A stretch of DNA of 63,830 bases, filler included, from Reclinomonas americana ATCC 50394 (lineage: Eukaryota): assembly GCA_048213135.1 (NCBI GenBank). It is 21 parts of 21 records of this genome, joined end to end, with 100 filler letters (N's around TTAATTAATTAA, not from the genome) between each part and the next. Parts side by side here need not be neighbours in the genome. Positions count along the whole stretch, not along the records: positions 7,882 to 15,059 come from AFZH01022273.1; positions 15,160 to 17,614 come from AFZH01022274.1; positions 17,715 to 19,386 come from AFZH01022276.1; positions 19,487 to 21,961 come from AFZH01022277.1; 17 more parts are not named here. One strand, 5' to 3'. The notes under the pieces are model-generated. The model did no database searches, had not been told where the DNA came from, and was given only the letters and a program-made list of their open reading frames with translations. The number at the start of each line of letters is the position of its first letter. The stretch's first letter is position 1. Both the position numbers and the translations under genes were made by a program. This document shows positions 10,689-21,179 of the stretch, one piece after another.

Positions 10689-11885
10689 ATGCGTCGCGCC
10701 GCGATCGTAACCCCTCTCCGCACGCCGGTGGGCCGCTTTGGCGGCGCGCTCAAGGACGTTCCCGTGGAACGGCTGGGAGCCACGGTGGTCAATGCCGTAT
10801 TGGACCGGACCGGTCTCGACCCCGCCCTGGTCGATGACGTTGTCTTCGCTCAGTCCTATGCCAACTCCGAGACGCCGTGCGTTGGCCGTTGGATCGCCTT
10901 GGAGGCCGGGTTGCCGGTCCATGTTCCCGGCATGCAGCTCGACCGGCGCTGCGGTGGCGGCCTCCAATCGATCGCAACCGCAGCCATGATGGTGCAGTCG
11001 GGTGCCTGCGACGTCGTCATCGCAGGCGGTGTCGAAAGCATGAGCAACATCGAGCACTACACCACGGGTGTGCGTTGGGGCACGCGTTCGGGTTCGCCCG
11101 TGCTCTATGACCGCCTCGACCGCGGCCGCGAGCGGTCTCAGCCCGAACATCGCTTCGGCCACATCTCCGGCATGATCGAGACGGCCGAGAACCTCGCCCG
11201 CAAGTACTCGATCTCACGCGAAGCTGCCGACGCATATGCCGTGCGCAGCCAGCACCGGGCAGCCGCGGCCTGGTCCGAGGGCCGCATGGCGGCCGAGGTC
11301 GTTCCGGTCAGCGTGCCGCAAAAGCGCGGAGACCCGATTGTCGTCGCGCAGGACGAGGGCATTCGCGCGGATACCACGCTGGAGAGCCTTGCGAAGCTAC
11401 GTGCAATCCAACGCGATGGCACCGTGACAGCCGGGAATGCTGCGCAGCAAAACGATGCGGCGGCCGCCTGCTTGGTGGTGGCAGAGGACAGATTGGCCGA
11501 CCTGGGTCTGACCCCGGATGCGTTCCTGGTGGGCTGGGCTGCTGCTGGTTGCGAGCCCGCTGAGATGGGGATCGGCCCGGTTCCAGCGGCGGCGCGGCTG
11601 ATGAAGCGGCTCGGGCTCGCGGTCGACGACATGGATCTCGTCGAGATCAACGAGGCGTTCGCCTGCCAGGTGCTGTCGGTTCTGCAGGCGTGGCCGAGCG
11701 TAGATCTCGAACGGGTGAACGTCAACGGGTCGGGCATTTCGCTGGGACACCCGATTGGGGCCACCGGCGTAAGGATCATGACGACGCTGCTCCACGAAAT
11801 GAAGCGTCGCAACGTGCGCTACGGTCTTGAGACCATGTGCATTGGCGGCGGGCAGGGAATGGCCGCGGTGTTCGAACTGGCCTAA
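10689..11885 (+). CDS. Acetyl-CoA C-acyltransferase (thiolase)
   Basis: RTPVGRFGG, RRCGGG, NEAFA, GHPIGATG, MCIGGGQG. Confidence 0.95.
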   Translation: MRRAAIVTPLRTPVGRFGGALKDVPVERLGATVVNAVLDRTGLDPALVDDVVFAQSYANSETPCVGRWIALEAGLPVHVPGMQLDRRCGGGLQSIATAAMMVQSGACDVVIAGGVESMSNIEHYTTGVRWGTRSGSPVLYDRLDRGRERSQPEHRFGHISGMIETAENLARKYSISREAADAYAVRSQHRAAAAWSEGRMAAEVVPVSVPQKRGDPIVVAQDEGIRADTTLESLAKLRAIQRDGTVTAGNAAQQNDAAAACLVVAEDRLADLGLTPDAFLVGWAAAGCEPAEMGIGPVPAAARLMKRLGLAVDDMDLVEINEAFACQVLSVLQAWPSVDLERVNVNGSGISLGHPIGATGVRIMTTLLHEMKRRNVRYGLETMCIGGGQGMAAVFELA

Positions 11886-11892
11886 GCTGACG

Positions 11893-13140
11893 ATGGCTCC
11901 ACTCACGACCTCCCTCGAGGCTCTCGACTTTGCCGCGATCGTTCGCCCCGGTGAGATGATTTGCTGGGGTCAGGCGTGCGGCGAACCAGTCGCGCTGACT
12001 GGTCGGCTGATGGAGCAGCGCGCCCAGGTCGGGGGGATCTCCGCCTTCGTCGGCATCGGCCTCGGAGACGCGGTCGATCCAGCTCACGCTGACCATGTCC
12101 GCTTTACGTCCTTCTGCGGAACGGGTACCAACCGAAAGCTCGCCGCAGCCGGTGCGCTCGACATCCTGCCGATGCATTACTCGGACCTGCCGAAGACGTT
12201 GGCGGGCGAGGTCGACGTGCTCCTTCTGCAGCTGGCTGAGCACCCCCATGACGGCAGACTGAGCCTCTCTTGCACCAGCGACTACGTCGAGGGTCTGATC
12301 AAGACGGCTCGCGTCGTGGTGGCCGAAATCAACCGTCAGGCCCCGTTTACTAGCGCATTGATCGATGCGGACGATGTCGATGTCGCCATACGAACAGACC
12401 GGCCAGTCCTCGCGCTCGCCCGCGGCATGCCCAGCGCCGTTGACCAGGCTGTTGCGGCCAACGTCGCTTCCTTGGTCGAGGACGGCGCAACGCTGCAGCT
12501 CGGCTTGGGTGCCCTACCGGATTGCATCGCAGACCTTCTCGTTGACCGACGAGATCTCGGCCTGCACTCGGGTCTGATTGGTGACGGGGCGATGCGGCTG
12601 ATCCAATCCGGCGCGGTGACAAACGCAGCCAAGCCCGTTGACCGCGGCCTGTCGGTGACCGGAACGCTCCTTGGAAGCCGCGAACTGCTCGATTTTGCGC
12701 ATCTCAATCCATCGATCGAGGTTCGCCCGATCGCCGAAACCCATGCGCTTTCGAAACTCGCCGCTCTGCCTCGCTTCACGGCGATTAACTCTGCCCTCGA
12801 GGTGGATCTGTCAGGCCAGGCCAACACGGAGATAGCCGGCGGTCGCTATGTCGGCGCCATCGGAGGCGCTCTTGATTTCCTCCGTGGGGCACGCGCATCG
12901 CAGGGAGGAGTGCCGATCCTTGCCCTCCCCTCTACCGCCGAGGTGAAGGGACAGCTGAGCAGCCGAATCGTCGCCCATCTGTCGGGGCCGGCCACCATCG
13001 GCAGGGCGGACGCCAGCATTGTCGTTACGGAGTACGGAGTTGCCGACCTTCGTCGCCTGTCCCTCGCTGAGCGCCTCCCGAAGATGATCGCAATCGCCCA
13101 TCCGGACTTTCGCGATACGCTTGGCCGCACGGCGCCCTAA
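11893..13140 (+). CDS. Acetyl-CoA hydrolase/transferase (4-hydroxybutyrate CoA-transferase-like)
   Basis: LQLGLG, INSALEVDLSGQ, GGALDF, VTEYGVA, IAHPDFR. Confidence 0.9.
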   Translation: MAPLTTSLEALDFAAIVRPGEMICWGQACGEPVALTGRLMEQRAQVGGISAFVGIGLGDAVDPAHADHVRFTSFCGTGTNRKLAAAGALDILPMHYSDLPKTLAGEVDVLLLQLAEHPHDGRLSLSCTSDYVEGLIKTARVVVAEINRQAPFTSALIDADDVDVAIRTDRPVLALARGMPSAVDQAVAANVASLVEDGATLQLGLGALPDCIADLLVDRRDLGLHSGLIGDGAMRLIQSGAVTNAAKPVDRGLSVTGTLLGSRELLDFAHLNPSIEVRPIAETHALSKLAALPRFTAINSALEVDLSGQANTEIAGGRYVGAIGGALDFLRGARASQGGVPILALPSTAEVKGQLSSRIVAHLSGPATIGRADASIVVTEYGVADLRRLSLAERLPKMIAIAHPDFRDTLGRTAP

Positions 13141-14089
13141 GCCTCGCAATTAACTTGAGCGATTCAGATAGGTACTCCCCGGAGGAAAGCCGCATTATCG
13201 CTTACGCCCATCCAGTATCCAGTATCCGCAAAATTGGCGTATCCGAGGATCCTGGTCGCATAACGCTTAGGCTGGGATAACCGTCCACGCTCGAAAATCT
13301 GCACTCAAACCAATTTTCCTGTTCGATGGCTAGCAGAAGGTCTGGGCCCTGGCGTCCCGAGCCCCACAAAGATGAAAAGCCAAATTCTTACGCGGCGCTT
13401 CTGAGCCGCTCTCAACAGGGCTGCGGCAATCCCTGGCACCAAGCGGCCGGTTGCATCCCGCATCAAATTGCCGTCGATCGTGCAAATTGCGATGTGATCG
13501 CCTTCGTCTGCCCGATCGATACGATCGACCATCGCTCCATCGCACTTCCACTCCGGCTGCCGAACATTCCCTTTGGCATCAACTATGCGCTCTTCAAGCA
13601 CTAGCTCGATCGGCCAAGTCACCTTTTGCAGGTCGAAAGCCGTTGGCGGATCGCGCGCGCATTGGCGAGTGCCCGCTCGCTTGGGCCAATGCGAGACGTT
13701 GTTGCCCGGCTTCTGGGGCCAGTCCGCCAACGTCCGCTTTCTGGCAATCAGCCAATGTCTGGAAGTGTGAAGGGTTTCGGATGCCGGCCCGTGCGAGCGG
13801 GTTCGGACCGGGCTGAGGGCCGGCGTCCGAAAGCCTCCAGGGGAGGAAGCCGCGGCCCGAGGCCGTGGGCTATGGGGATTTCGCGGCGCCGCCTGGTCTG
13901 CGGGTTAGTGCGAGGCGCGGGTCGGCGGCGCAATGCTCCAACCGGGATGCCCGGAAGCCTGAAGTTTGGTGCGTCTGGGCGGGATCCGCGATCGCAGCAA
14001 GGTCCATTTCCGCGATCGGGCCGAACGGGATCGGCCGCTCTCTGGCCGAATCGGCGCGGGTCTGTCCGGGTATCGCAAGGGCTTCATCG

Positions 14090-15059
14090 TCATGAGGTAT
14101 CGATCCTGACGGCGAGGATGGTGCGCGGGGCCGAGCCCGGCGCGAAGCGCTCGACGAGGATCATGCGACCGCCGCAGCAGGGGCAAGGTGGCCTCCGCTC
14201 ATCGACCGGATCGGATCGTTCGGCCGAGATCTCTGCTTCACGATCTGCCGTCGTCGTGGCCGGCGTTGCCGCTGCGATGATCTGCCTGATGCGGGCGATG
14301 GTCTCGGCGCGGCGGCTGGAGGCGAGCAGGCCGTAGTGGCGGATGCGGTGGAAGCCGTCGGGCAGGACGTGGAGCAGGAAGCGGCGGATGAACTCGGGGG
14401 CCGTCAGCGTCATGGTCTTGCGCCAGATCTTCCCGGCCGAGTGGGCGCGATAGTCCTTCCAGCGGAACGTGACCCCCTGCCGATCCATGGCAATGATGCG
14501 GCTGTTGGCGATGGCGACGCGGTGGGTGTAGCGGGCGAGATAGGCAAGCACCGCCTCAGGGCCTCCGAAGGGGCGCTTGGCGTAAACGACCCAGTCGGCC
14601 CGGCGCAGTGGTGCCAGCATGGCGGCGAAGGCGTCGGGTCTGGCCAGATCGGTGAGATCACCATGGAAGGCGAGCCTCCCGGCCGCATGCAGGGCGGATA
14701 GGCCTTCGAGGAAGAGTCTGCGGAACAGGCGCGAGAGCACGCGCACGGGCAGGAAGAAGCCGGGCCGGCATGAGATCCAGCGAGCGCCGTCCGGCGAGAG
14801 GCCGCCGCCGGGCGCGATGATGTGGAGATGGGGATGATGGGTCATCGCCGATCCCCATGTGTGCAGGACGCTGGTGAAGCCGATGCGGACGCCGAGATGC
14901 CGGGGATCGATGGCGATGGTGGCGAGCGTCTCGGCCGCGGCCCTGAACAACAGGCCGTAGACCTCGGCCTTGTTCTGGTAGGCGACCGCTGCGATCGGCG
15001 CCGGCAGGGTGAAGACGAGATGATAGTAGGGCACGGGCAGGAGATCGGCCTGGTGCTGC
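14090..15059 (-). CDS. IS91-family (HUH/Y2) transposase, 5' partial
   Basis: YYHLVFTLP, LHTWG..HHPHLH (HUH), YLARYTHR, FIRRFLLHVLP.GFHRIRHYG, C-terminal CPCCG. Confidence 0.95.
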
Positions 15060-15159
15060 NNNNNNNNNNNNNNNNNNNNNNNNNNNNNNNNNNNNNNNNN
15101 NNNTTAATTAATTAANNNNNNNNNNNNNNNNNNNNNNNNNNNNNNNNNNNNNNNNNNNN

Positions 15160-15355
15160 CGCCGAGCGAGGCCAGGTGAAGCTGGTAGCGCCGCAGATCC
15201 TCCGGCTCGGCCCGATCCGGCGGCAAGCCGAGGAAAGCCGTGAACTCACGGACCTGCCGGACATAGTCGCGCTGCGTGTGCTCGCCAAACCGGCGAATGG
15301 TCATGTCCTCGATCATCCGCTGGCGCAGCGGGCTGACGGTGACGGCATCGATCAT
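15160..15355 (-). CDS. Tyrosine recombinase N-terminal SAM-like domain, 3' partial
   Basis: SPLRQRMIEDMTIRRFGEHTQRDYVR...EDLRRYQLHL; GGAGG RBS. Confidence 0.85.
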
Positions 15356-15551
15356 GGAGACCTCCAAGGATCAGGGGAAACGACCCCAAATCCTCGGATG
15401 CAGCGCCTCACAGGCGAAATCTCAGCCAACCCCGCGCCGCAGCGCCCTGCCGCGAGAGCGGCTTAGTCCATTGGCGCGAGGCAGCAACAGGGACCGCCAG
15501 GCCGGCGCCGCCACGGCACCGGCCCAACATATCGACTGTCGCCGATGCTAC

Positions 15552-16526
15552 TCAGCTGCGGCTTGCTTCGAGGCTGTTCGCGCCCTCATAGGCTGTTCGC
15601 GCCCTCATAGCCAAGTTCTTCTGGAAGAACGGCGCCAGCACCGAGACGGCTTCAGTGACGAAGGGCTTGCCGTCATAGAGGTCCATGTGGTTGGCGCCCT
15701 CGACGACATGCATGGCCTTGTCCTTGCTGGCGGCGCGGGCGAGCAGATCGTCGCTCATCCATTTGCTGCCGGCGATGGAGCCCGCGACGGCCAGGATCGG
15801 CTGCGTCAGGAAGGCCTCGGCCTTGTGATAGGCGTCGTAGGTGATGATCTGGTTCAGGCTGCGCGCGGTGGCGAAGCCCGGTGCGGTCGGGCATTCCGCG
15901 CGCGGCGTATGGTAATACTCCCAGGCCTGACGCAGCTCCTCGTTGGGCGCGTCGCTCTCCTTTTCCGGCGCCAGTGGCATGCGCGCTTTCGCAGCACCGG
16001 CGGCATCGGCCGTGCGGGCGTTCGAGCCGGCCTCGGTATAGGGCAGCGCGTCGGCGTCCTTCGCATTGTTCTCCCAGCCATTGCGGAACATGGAGCCGAT
16101 ATTGACGGCGCTGACCGTGCCGAGCGCCTTGATGCGACGGTCCTGCAGCGCGGCATTGGCCGAGTAGCCGGCACCGGCACAGATGCCCATCGCGCCGATG
16201 CGCTCGTTGTCGACGTAAGCCAGCGTCGTCAGATAATCGACGACAGCGCTGACATCTTCGGTTCGGATATGCGGGTTTTCGAGCTGGCGCGGCTCGCCGC
16301 CGCTCTCGCCCTGATAGGAGGCGTCATAGGCGATGGCGACGAAGCCGGCCTTTGCCAACTCGGCAGCATAGGTGCCGGCGGTCTGTTCCTTCACGCCGCC
16401 GCCGGGATGCGAGACGATAATCGCCGGATAGCTTGCCGTCTCTTCAAAGCCCTCGGGAACATGAATAACGGCCGACATCGTGATCGTCGGGTTGTTGCTG
16501 TTCTGGAAGCTGATCTTGCGAGCCAT
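15552..16526 (-). CDS. Alpha/beta hydrolase with Cys nucleophile (dienelactone hydrolase-like)
   Basis: HPGGGVKEQ, GESGGEPR, GICAG, GANHMDLYD. Confidence 0.85.
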   Translation of the reverse strand: MARKISFQNSNNPTITMSAVIHVPEGFEETASYPAIIVSHPGGGVKEQTAGTYAAELAKAGFVAIAYDASYQGESGGEPRQLENPHIRTEDVSAVVDYLTTLAYVDNERIGAMGICAGAGYSANAALQDRRIKALGTVSAVNIGSMFRNGWENNAKDADALPYTEAGSNARTADAAGAAKARMPLAPEKESDAPNEELRQAWEYYHTPRAECPTAPGFATARSLNQIITYDAYHKAEAFLTQPILAVAGSIAGSKWMSDDLLARAASKDKAMHVVEGANHMDLYDGKPFVTEAVSVLAPFFQKNLAMRARTAYEGANSLEASRS

Positions 16527-16646
16527 CGTCGTCTCCTCCGTTGCGGTGTCGTAGGGCGCCAGAGCGGCGCGACACCGAGAACTTAGGCTCGCCCCAATCA
16601 TCAGACTATGGCAGTAGTCTGATTGAACTTATCACTGAGGTGATGA

Positions 16647-17540
16647 ATGCGTCGCGAGGACATGGCCGATCTGGCGGCCTTCGCCGTTGTGGTGGAAGAA
16701 CGCAACTACACCCGCGCCGCCACCAGGCTCGGCCTGTCGCAGTCGGCGCTGAGCCAGATCATCAAGCGGCTGGAAGAGCGGCTCAGTGTGCCACTGGTCG
16801 CCCGCACCACACGCAGCGTCGCCCCGACGCCGGCGGGCGAACGGCTCTGGCAGACGCTGGCGCCGATGCTGCGCGATCTCGATCAGAGCCTGATCGCGCT
16901 GGGTGAGTTCCGCGACAAGCCGTCGGGGACGATCAGGATCACCAGCGTCGAGCACGCGGCTAAGACGATCCTGCTGCCAGCCTTAGCGAAGCTCGTTGCC
17001 GACTATCCCGACATCAATGTCGAGATAGTCGCGACCTATGAGCTCTCCGATGTTGTCGCCGAGGGCTTCGATGCAGGTGTGCGCCTCGGCGAGCATGTGT
17101 CGAAGGACATGGTCGCGGTTCGCATGGGCCCGGATATCCCGATGGCGATCGTGGCAGCGCCCAGCTACCTGCGCGAGCGACCGGCTCCGGCAACACCACA
17201 CGACCTCGCCAGCCATCGCGGGGTTAATCTGCGGCTGCCGACGCCGGGCACGGTCAACGCCTGGCGTCTGGTTCATGACGATCGCGAAATCCGCGTTCGC
17301 GTCGAGGGCCCGCTCGTCTTCAACACGATCGAGCTCATTCTCGACGCTGCGCTCGCAGGCCTCGGGATCGCCTATCTGCCGCTCGATCAGGTCGATGCCC
17401 ATCTGCGCGAAGGTAAGCTCGTCCGAATGCTGGGCGAATGGACGCCGCCGCTGCCGGGATATCACCTCTACTATGCCAGCCGCCTTCAGACCTCGCAGGC
17501 GTTCCGCCTGCTGCTCAATGCCGTGCGATATCGGCCATGA
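16647..17540 (+). CDS. LysR family regulator
   Basis: NYTRAA..LGLSQSALSQ..LEERL..RTTRSV; FDAGVR. Confidence 0.95.
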   Translation: MRREDMADLAAFAVVVEERNYTRAATRLGLSQSALSQIIKRLEERLSVPLVARTTRSVAPTPAGERLWQTLAPMLRDLDQSLIALGEFRDKPSGTIRITSVEHAAKTILLPALAKLVADYPDINVEIVATYELSDVVAEGFDAGVRLGEHVSKDMVAVRMGPDIPMAIVAAPSYLRERPAPATPHDLASHRGVNLRLPTPGTVNAWRLVHDDREIRVRVEGPLVFNTIELILDAALAGLGIAYLPLDQVDAHLREGKLVRMLGEWTPPLPGYHLYYASRLQTSQAFRLLLNAVRYRP

Positions 17541-17714
17541 TCCTTACGTCCGCTAATGGGGCGGCAGCCAATGTCAGGAAGTGGCGCAGCGCAGCTCAAC
17601 ATCATTCGTGATAANNNNNNNNNNNNNNNNNNNNNNNNNNNNNNNNNNNNNNNNNNNNTTAATTAATTAANNNNNNNNNNNNNNNNNNNNNNNNNNNNNN
17701 NNNNNNNNNNNNNN

Positions 17715-19386
17715 ATTCGATGCGTCGTACGCCTCCTCGCGCATCAGTCCGCTCCTCGAAGCTGCCCCGAGCTGCCGACCGGTGGTGCTCGACCGCTCCG
17801 TCCGCGGAGCGCAACTGCACGAGGTGGCCCGCGGGATCGCTGATCAAGCTGGTTGTCTGGCCGAGCGGGTCGACCACGCTGGTGGTGTTTCCGAGCGCGT
17901 CGTATTCGTACCGCCACTCGGCACCGCCCGGCTCGGCGACGAGTAGGGGAAGCCCCGCGGCGTTCGACCAGATGCGGGTGATTCCTCCGACGGCATCGGT
18001 CATGGAGTTCACCGTGCCGGTGAGCGCATCGTAGGTATAGGAGGTCGCCGCTCCGATTGGGTCGATCGTCCGGGTAAGGGAGCCTCCAGCGTCGTACTCG
18101 TAGCGCCACACGGCGCCGTCGGGGCCGGTCACCCTGACGGGTTGGTGGGCCTCGTCGTAGTCGATGGCGACACGTCCGCCGTCGGGGCGAATCACGGCCT
18201 TCAGGTTGCCGATCTCGTCGTACTCCCACCGGGTCACGTGACCGAACTCGTCCGTCTCGGCGGTCACCCGTCCGAAGCGGTCTCGCTCGGCAGCCGACGT
18301 GTGGCCAAGCGGATCGGTCTGGCCGATCACCCGCAGCTGCTCGTCGAGCTGGTAGCGCGTGACGGCACCGAGCGAGTCGGTAACCACGGTGACCCGGTTC
18401 TGGGTGTCGAAGGCCAACTGGGTACCGAGGTAGCCTTCGGTGCCATCGGCAAGCACGCAGCGGCCGGCGCCGTCATAGGTGTAGCGGTAGCTGCGTCCAT
18501 TGACGTCTACCCAGCCCGACAACCTGCCTTCGTCGTCGTAGTGAAATTTTTGGGGGGTGCCAACCGCGTCAACGAATTCCACGAGCGTGCCCGCCAGATC
18601 GTAGCGGTACTGGGCCAGCGGAACGGGCGAGTCGGCTACTCGCAGCGCCGTGACGAGGCCGTCGACGCTGTCGATCTCGACGCGATATCCGCCCGAGTGC
18701 TCGACCGACACGGGCATTCCGTCTCGGTAGTGGACGAGCGTCCAGTTCCCGGCACCATCGACGACAGCGCGGAGCCGCATGGTGGCCTCACCGCGTGCAC
18801 CGGTGAAGTAGCGCAATCGGTCCGACTGCGGGTCACCGACGATGAAGCCGTTCCGTACCCGGCGCAACGCGAGGTACGGCCCGACCTCGGGCAGGACTGA
18901 CTCGACGCCGCGCGGAAGCGGGTAGCGCAGGAGCGTACCGTCCTCCAAGGCCAAATGCAGCGCGTCTTCCTCCACCTCGATGCGCTCGTCGAGCGTTGAC
19001 GCCCAGCTGGGCCCGAAGAGGCGCCCCGCCCGATACGTCGACAGGTGGGTGCGGGAGATCACGAGCGGCAGAGCACCTGGTAGCGACACATCCTCCTGAT
19101 CGAGCATCACGGCGCCCGTTGCCACGTCGATCGGGTCGCCGCAATCGACCCGATCAATCCTCGGCGTGATGTGATCGAGTGGCTTGGGATTGCTGTCGGC
19201 GATGCGGGGTCCGTTGCCCGTCCCTCTAGACGAGACGTCCGGACGGTCGCTTCGATTCGCTCCGCGAAATGAGCCCATCGCTCCCCGGAATGAGGACTTG
19301 ACGGCCGGTCCGATCAGTTTGGCCGCGCCGAAGGTCAGCACGCCGGCGATGGCGATTCCCACATCTAGCCAGGAGCCCTCACCCAT
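17715..19386 (-). CDS. RHS/YD-repeat protein with DUF6531-like domain, partial at both ends
   Basis: GDPIDVATG, FGPSW, many YxYD..G repeats. Confidence 0.9.
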
Positions 19387-19486
19387 NNNNNNNNNNNNNN
19401 NNNNNNNNNNNNNNNNNNNNNNNNNNNNNNTTAATTAATTAANNNNNNNNNNNNNNNNNNNNNNNNNNNNNNNNNNNNNNNNNNNN

Positions 19487-20736
19487 ACATCACGGGGGCT
19501 CTGCAGGACGGCGAGCTGGGCGACGAACCACTTCGCCATGGCGCGTGCTCGAGCGGGCGCTCCCGCCACTCCCAAAACGCCCGACTCGGCGAGAGGGATC
19601 GTCGTGGGGACGTCGTGGATAATGGCGGGTAGCCTGCGGCGGTACTCGAGCGACTCGCGAAGGTCTTCGATGACGACTGCGCTCGGCAGGCTCGCGGTGC
19701 CGATGCGGAGCAATAGGTGGTCGTCGTCGGCGGGTCGTCTCTCCCACAACCGTGAGCCGGGCGCCGTGGCAATCGTCCACAGGTCGGCCGCGCTCGGGGC
19801 GGAGGCGAGGAGCTCGGCCCGCTCGAGAATGTGCCGCTCCTCGATGTCCGACTCGATGCGCTCAACGGTCGCGCGATGCTCGGCCATGTTCGCGGCGTGA
19901 CTGCGGCTCCCACGCCGTTTGGCGGAGAGCGCGTTCACCATCACCATGATCGGGGAGAGCAACGCGAGGGCGAGGAAGGCGAAGGTTCCGAAAATCAGGG
20001 CGGACACGACCCCTGCGACGAGCGGAAGCAGGGCGGCGAGCCAGGGTAGGGAGCTCCTGGCCTGGAAGGCCGGAGCTGCCGGGATTCGGAACATCGCGTC
20101 CGGTCCCGTGAATCGCAGCCGAGGAGGGCGGTTGAAATCGAGTGCTGTGCCGTCCTCGTCGGGTTCGAGAACGGCGTCGACCTCGGTCACACCCCGATGT
20201 TGAACCAGCGAGCCGCCGATGCGCAGGTCAGTGCCGCCCGGCCAGCGAGTGAATTCCTGGCCCAGGGCGTTCCGTTCAGTTCCGCTTGCACGAGCACGCT
20301 CGCCGGTCGCACGTGCACCCCCATCTGCAGGTCGACCAGCACAAGGAGAGCTTGCGGAGGAAGGGGGGAGAGCAGGGCGTCATTCGAGGCGGCACTTCCG
20401 ACGGAGTGTTGGCCGGGGCCGAGCCGAACGACGCTCCCGGCGCCCGGGCCGCTTGAGATTCCTAAGTCGACGAGCCCGGCGACGACATCGCTGCCAGGAG
20501 CCCCTCCTCTGCCCACTGTGAGCACCGCTCCTTGACGCACCCCGGCGGAGCGTAACGTCGCGTCGAGTTGGGCGACCGAGCCGTCTAGCGACACGGTCGC
20601 CTGCCCCGCAGCGACCGATGACGTGTCCACTCCCATACGGTGCAGCACATCCGCCAGGGGGTGTCTCGGGCTCCGCGTCGACGAGGAAGTCGCGGGAGCG
20701 GGCGCTCGCGTCGCGGAGCGTGAGGGCAATTCGCAT
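19487..20736 (-). CDS. N-terminal part of an FHA-containing FtsK/EccC-like type VII secretion ATPase; two frameshifts, 3' partial
   Basis: Three frames join: MRIALTL..LVDAEPETP / LADVL..SGPGAG..LGPG..VGS / FNRPPR..TM..LWERRPADDDHL.LRIG..WFVAQLAVLQSPRD. The ATPase domains are lost in the gap. Confidence 0.75.
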
Positions 20737-20813
20737 GGTCCTGATTTCGTGGGGGTCTGGTGTGACGGCCGCAGGGAACTCCGCCGTCGACAGGGCGGAG
20801 TTCCCTCCCGCTG

Positions 20814-21110
20814 CTACTTCTTGAGCGCGCTCGCGAGGTCCGAGTCGGTCTGCTGCAGCGCATCCGCCGCTTTCTTCAGGTAGTCGCTCATTCCTTCGAG
20901 TCCGGCGATCGTTTTCGTCGCGCCGTCGTTGAACTCCTGGTACGAGCTGCCGAAGGCGATGGAGGACTGGTCGGTGACGTACCCTCCCGACACAAGGCTG
21001 TCGACGAGGCTCTTCAGCCGGCCGAGCTGTGTGTTGATCTCCTGCTGCCCGCTCCGGAGCCTGGTCGCGGCATCCCGCATGTCCTCGAAGGTGACGTTCA
21101 AATTGGCCAT
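20814..21110 (-). CDS. WXG100/ESAT-6-like type VII secretion substrate
   Basis: 98 aa helical hairpin MANLNVTFEDMRDAA..LVSGGYVTDQSS..LQQTD; lies directly upstream of the FtsK-like gene. Confidence 0.85.
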   Translation of the reverse strand: MANLNVTFEDMRDAATRLRSGQQEINTQLGRLKSLVDSLVSGGYVTDQSSIAFGSSYQEFNDGATKTIAGLEGMSDYLKKAADALQQTDSDLASALKK

Positions 21111-21179
21111 GTCTTTGCTACTTTCTGGTTGTCTGCACTGGATTCATCCGGGCGGCGCCCGGACACCTGGGGGAACCGA

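Larger units (their letters stand above)
13767..15471 (-). mobile_element. IS91-like element carrying a tyrosine recombinase and a Y2 transposase (spans a gap)
   Basis: Both genes on the minus strand; 16-bp inverted repeat 13775-13790/13817-13832 near one end and a GCCGC-GAGA-GCGGC hairpin at 15449-15462 near the other. Boundaries inferred from the split target motif. Confidence 0.65.

Noticed and set aside
13141..13730. ORFs 13305-13730 and 13326-13604, and short GTATCC repeats
   Set aside because: No recognisable motif; cannot be supported as a gene or site
20180..20680. Programmed frameshifting or pseudogenisation of the FtsK-like gene (likewise MmyB at 24350 and the ferredoxin at 47040)
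   Set aside because: Single-base shifts, several beside homopolymers or contig ends; sequencing error is the simpler explanation
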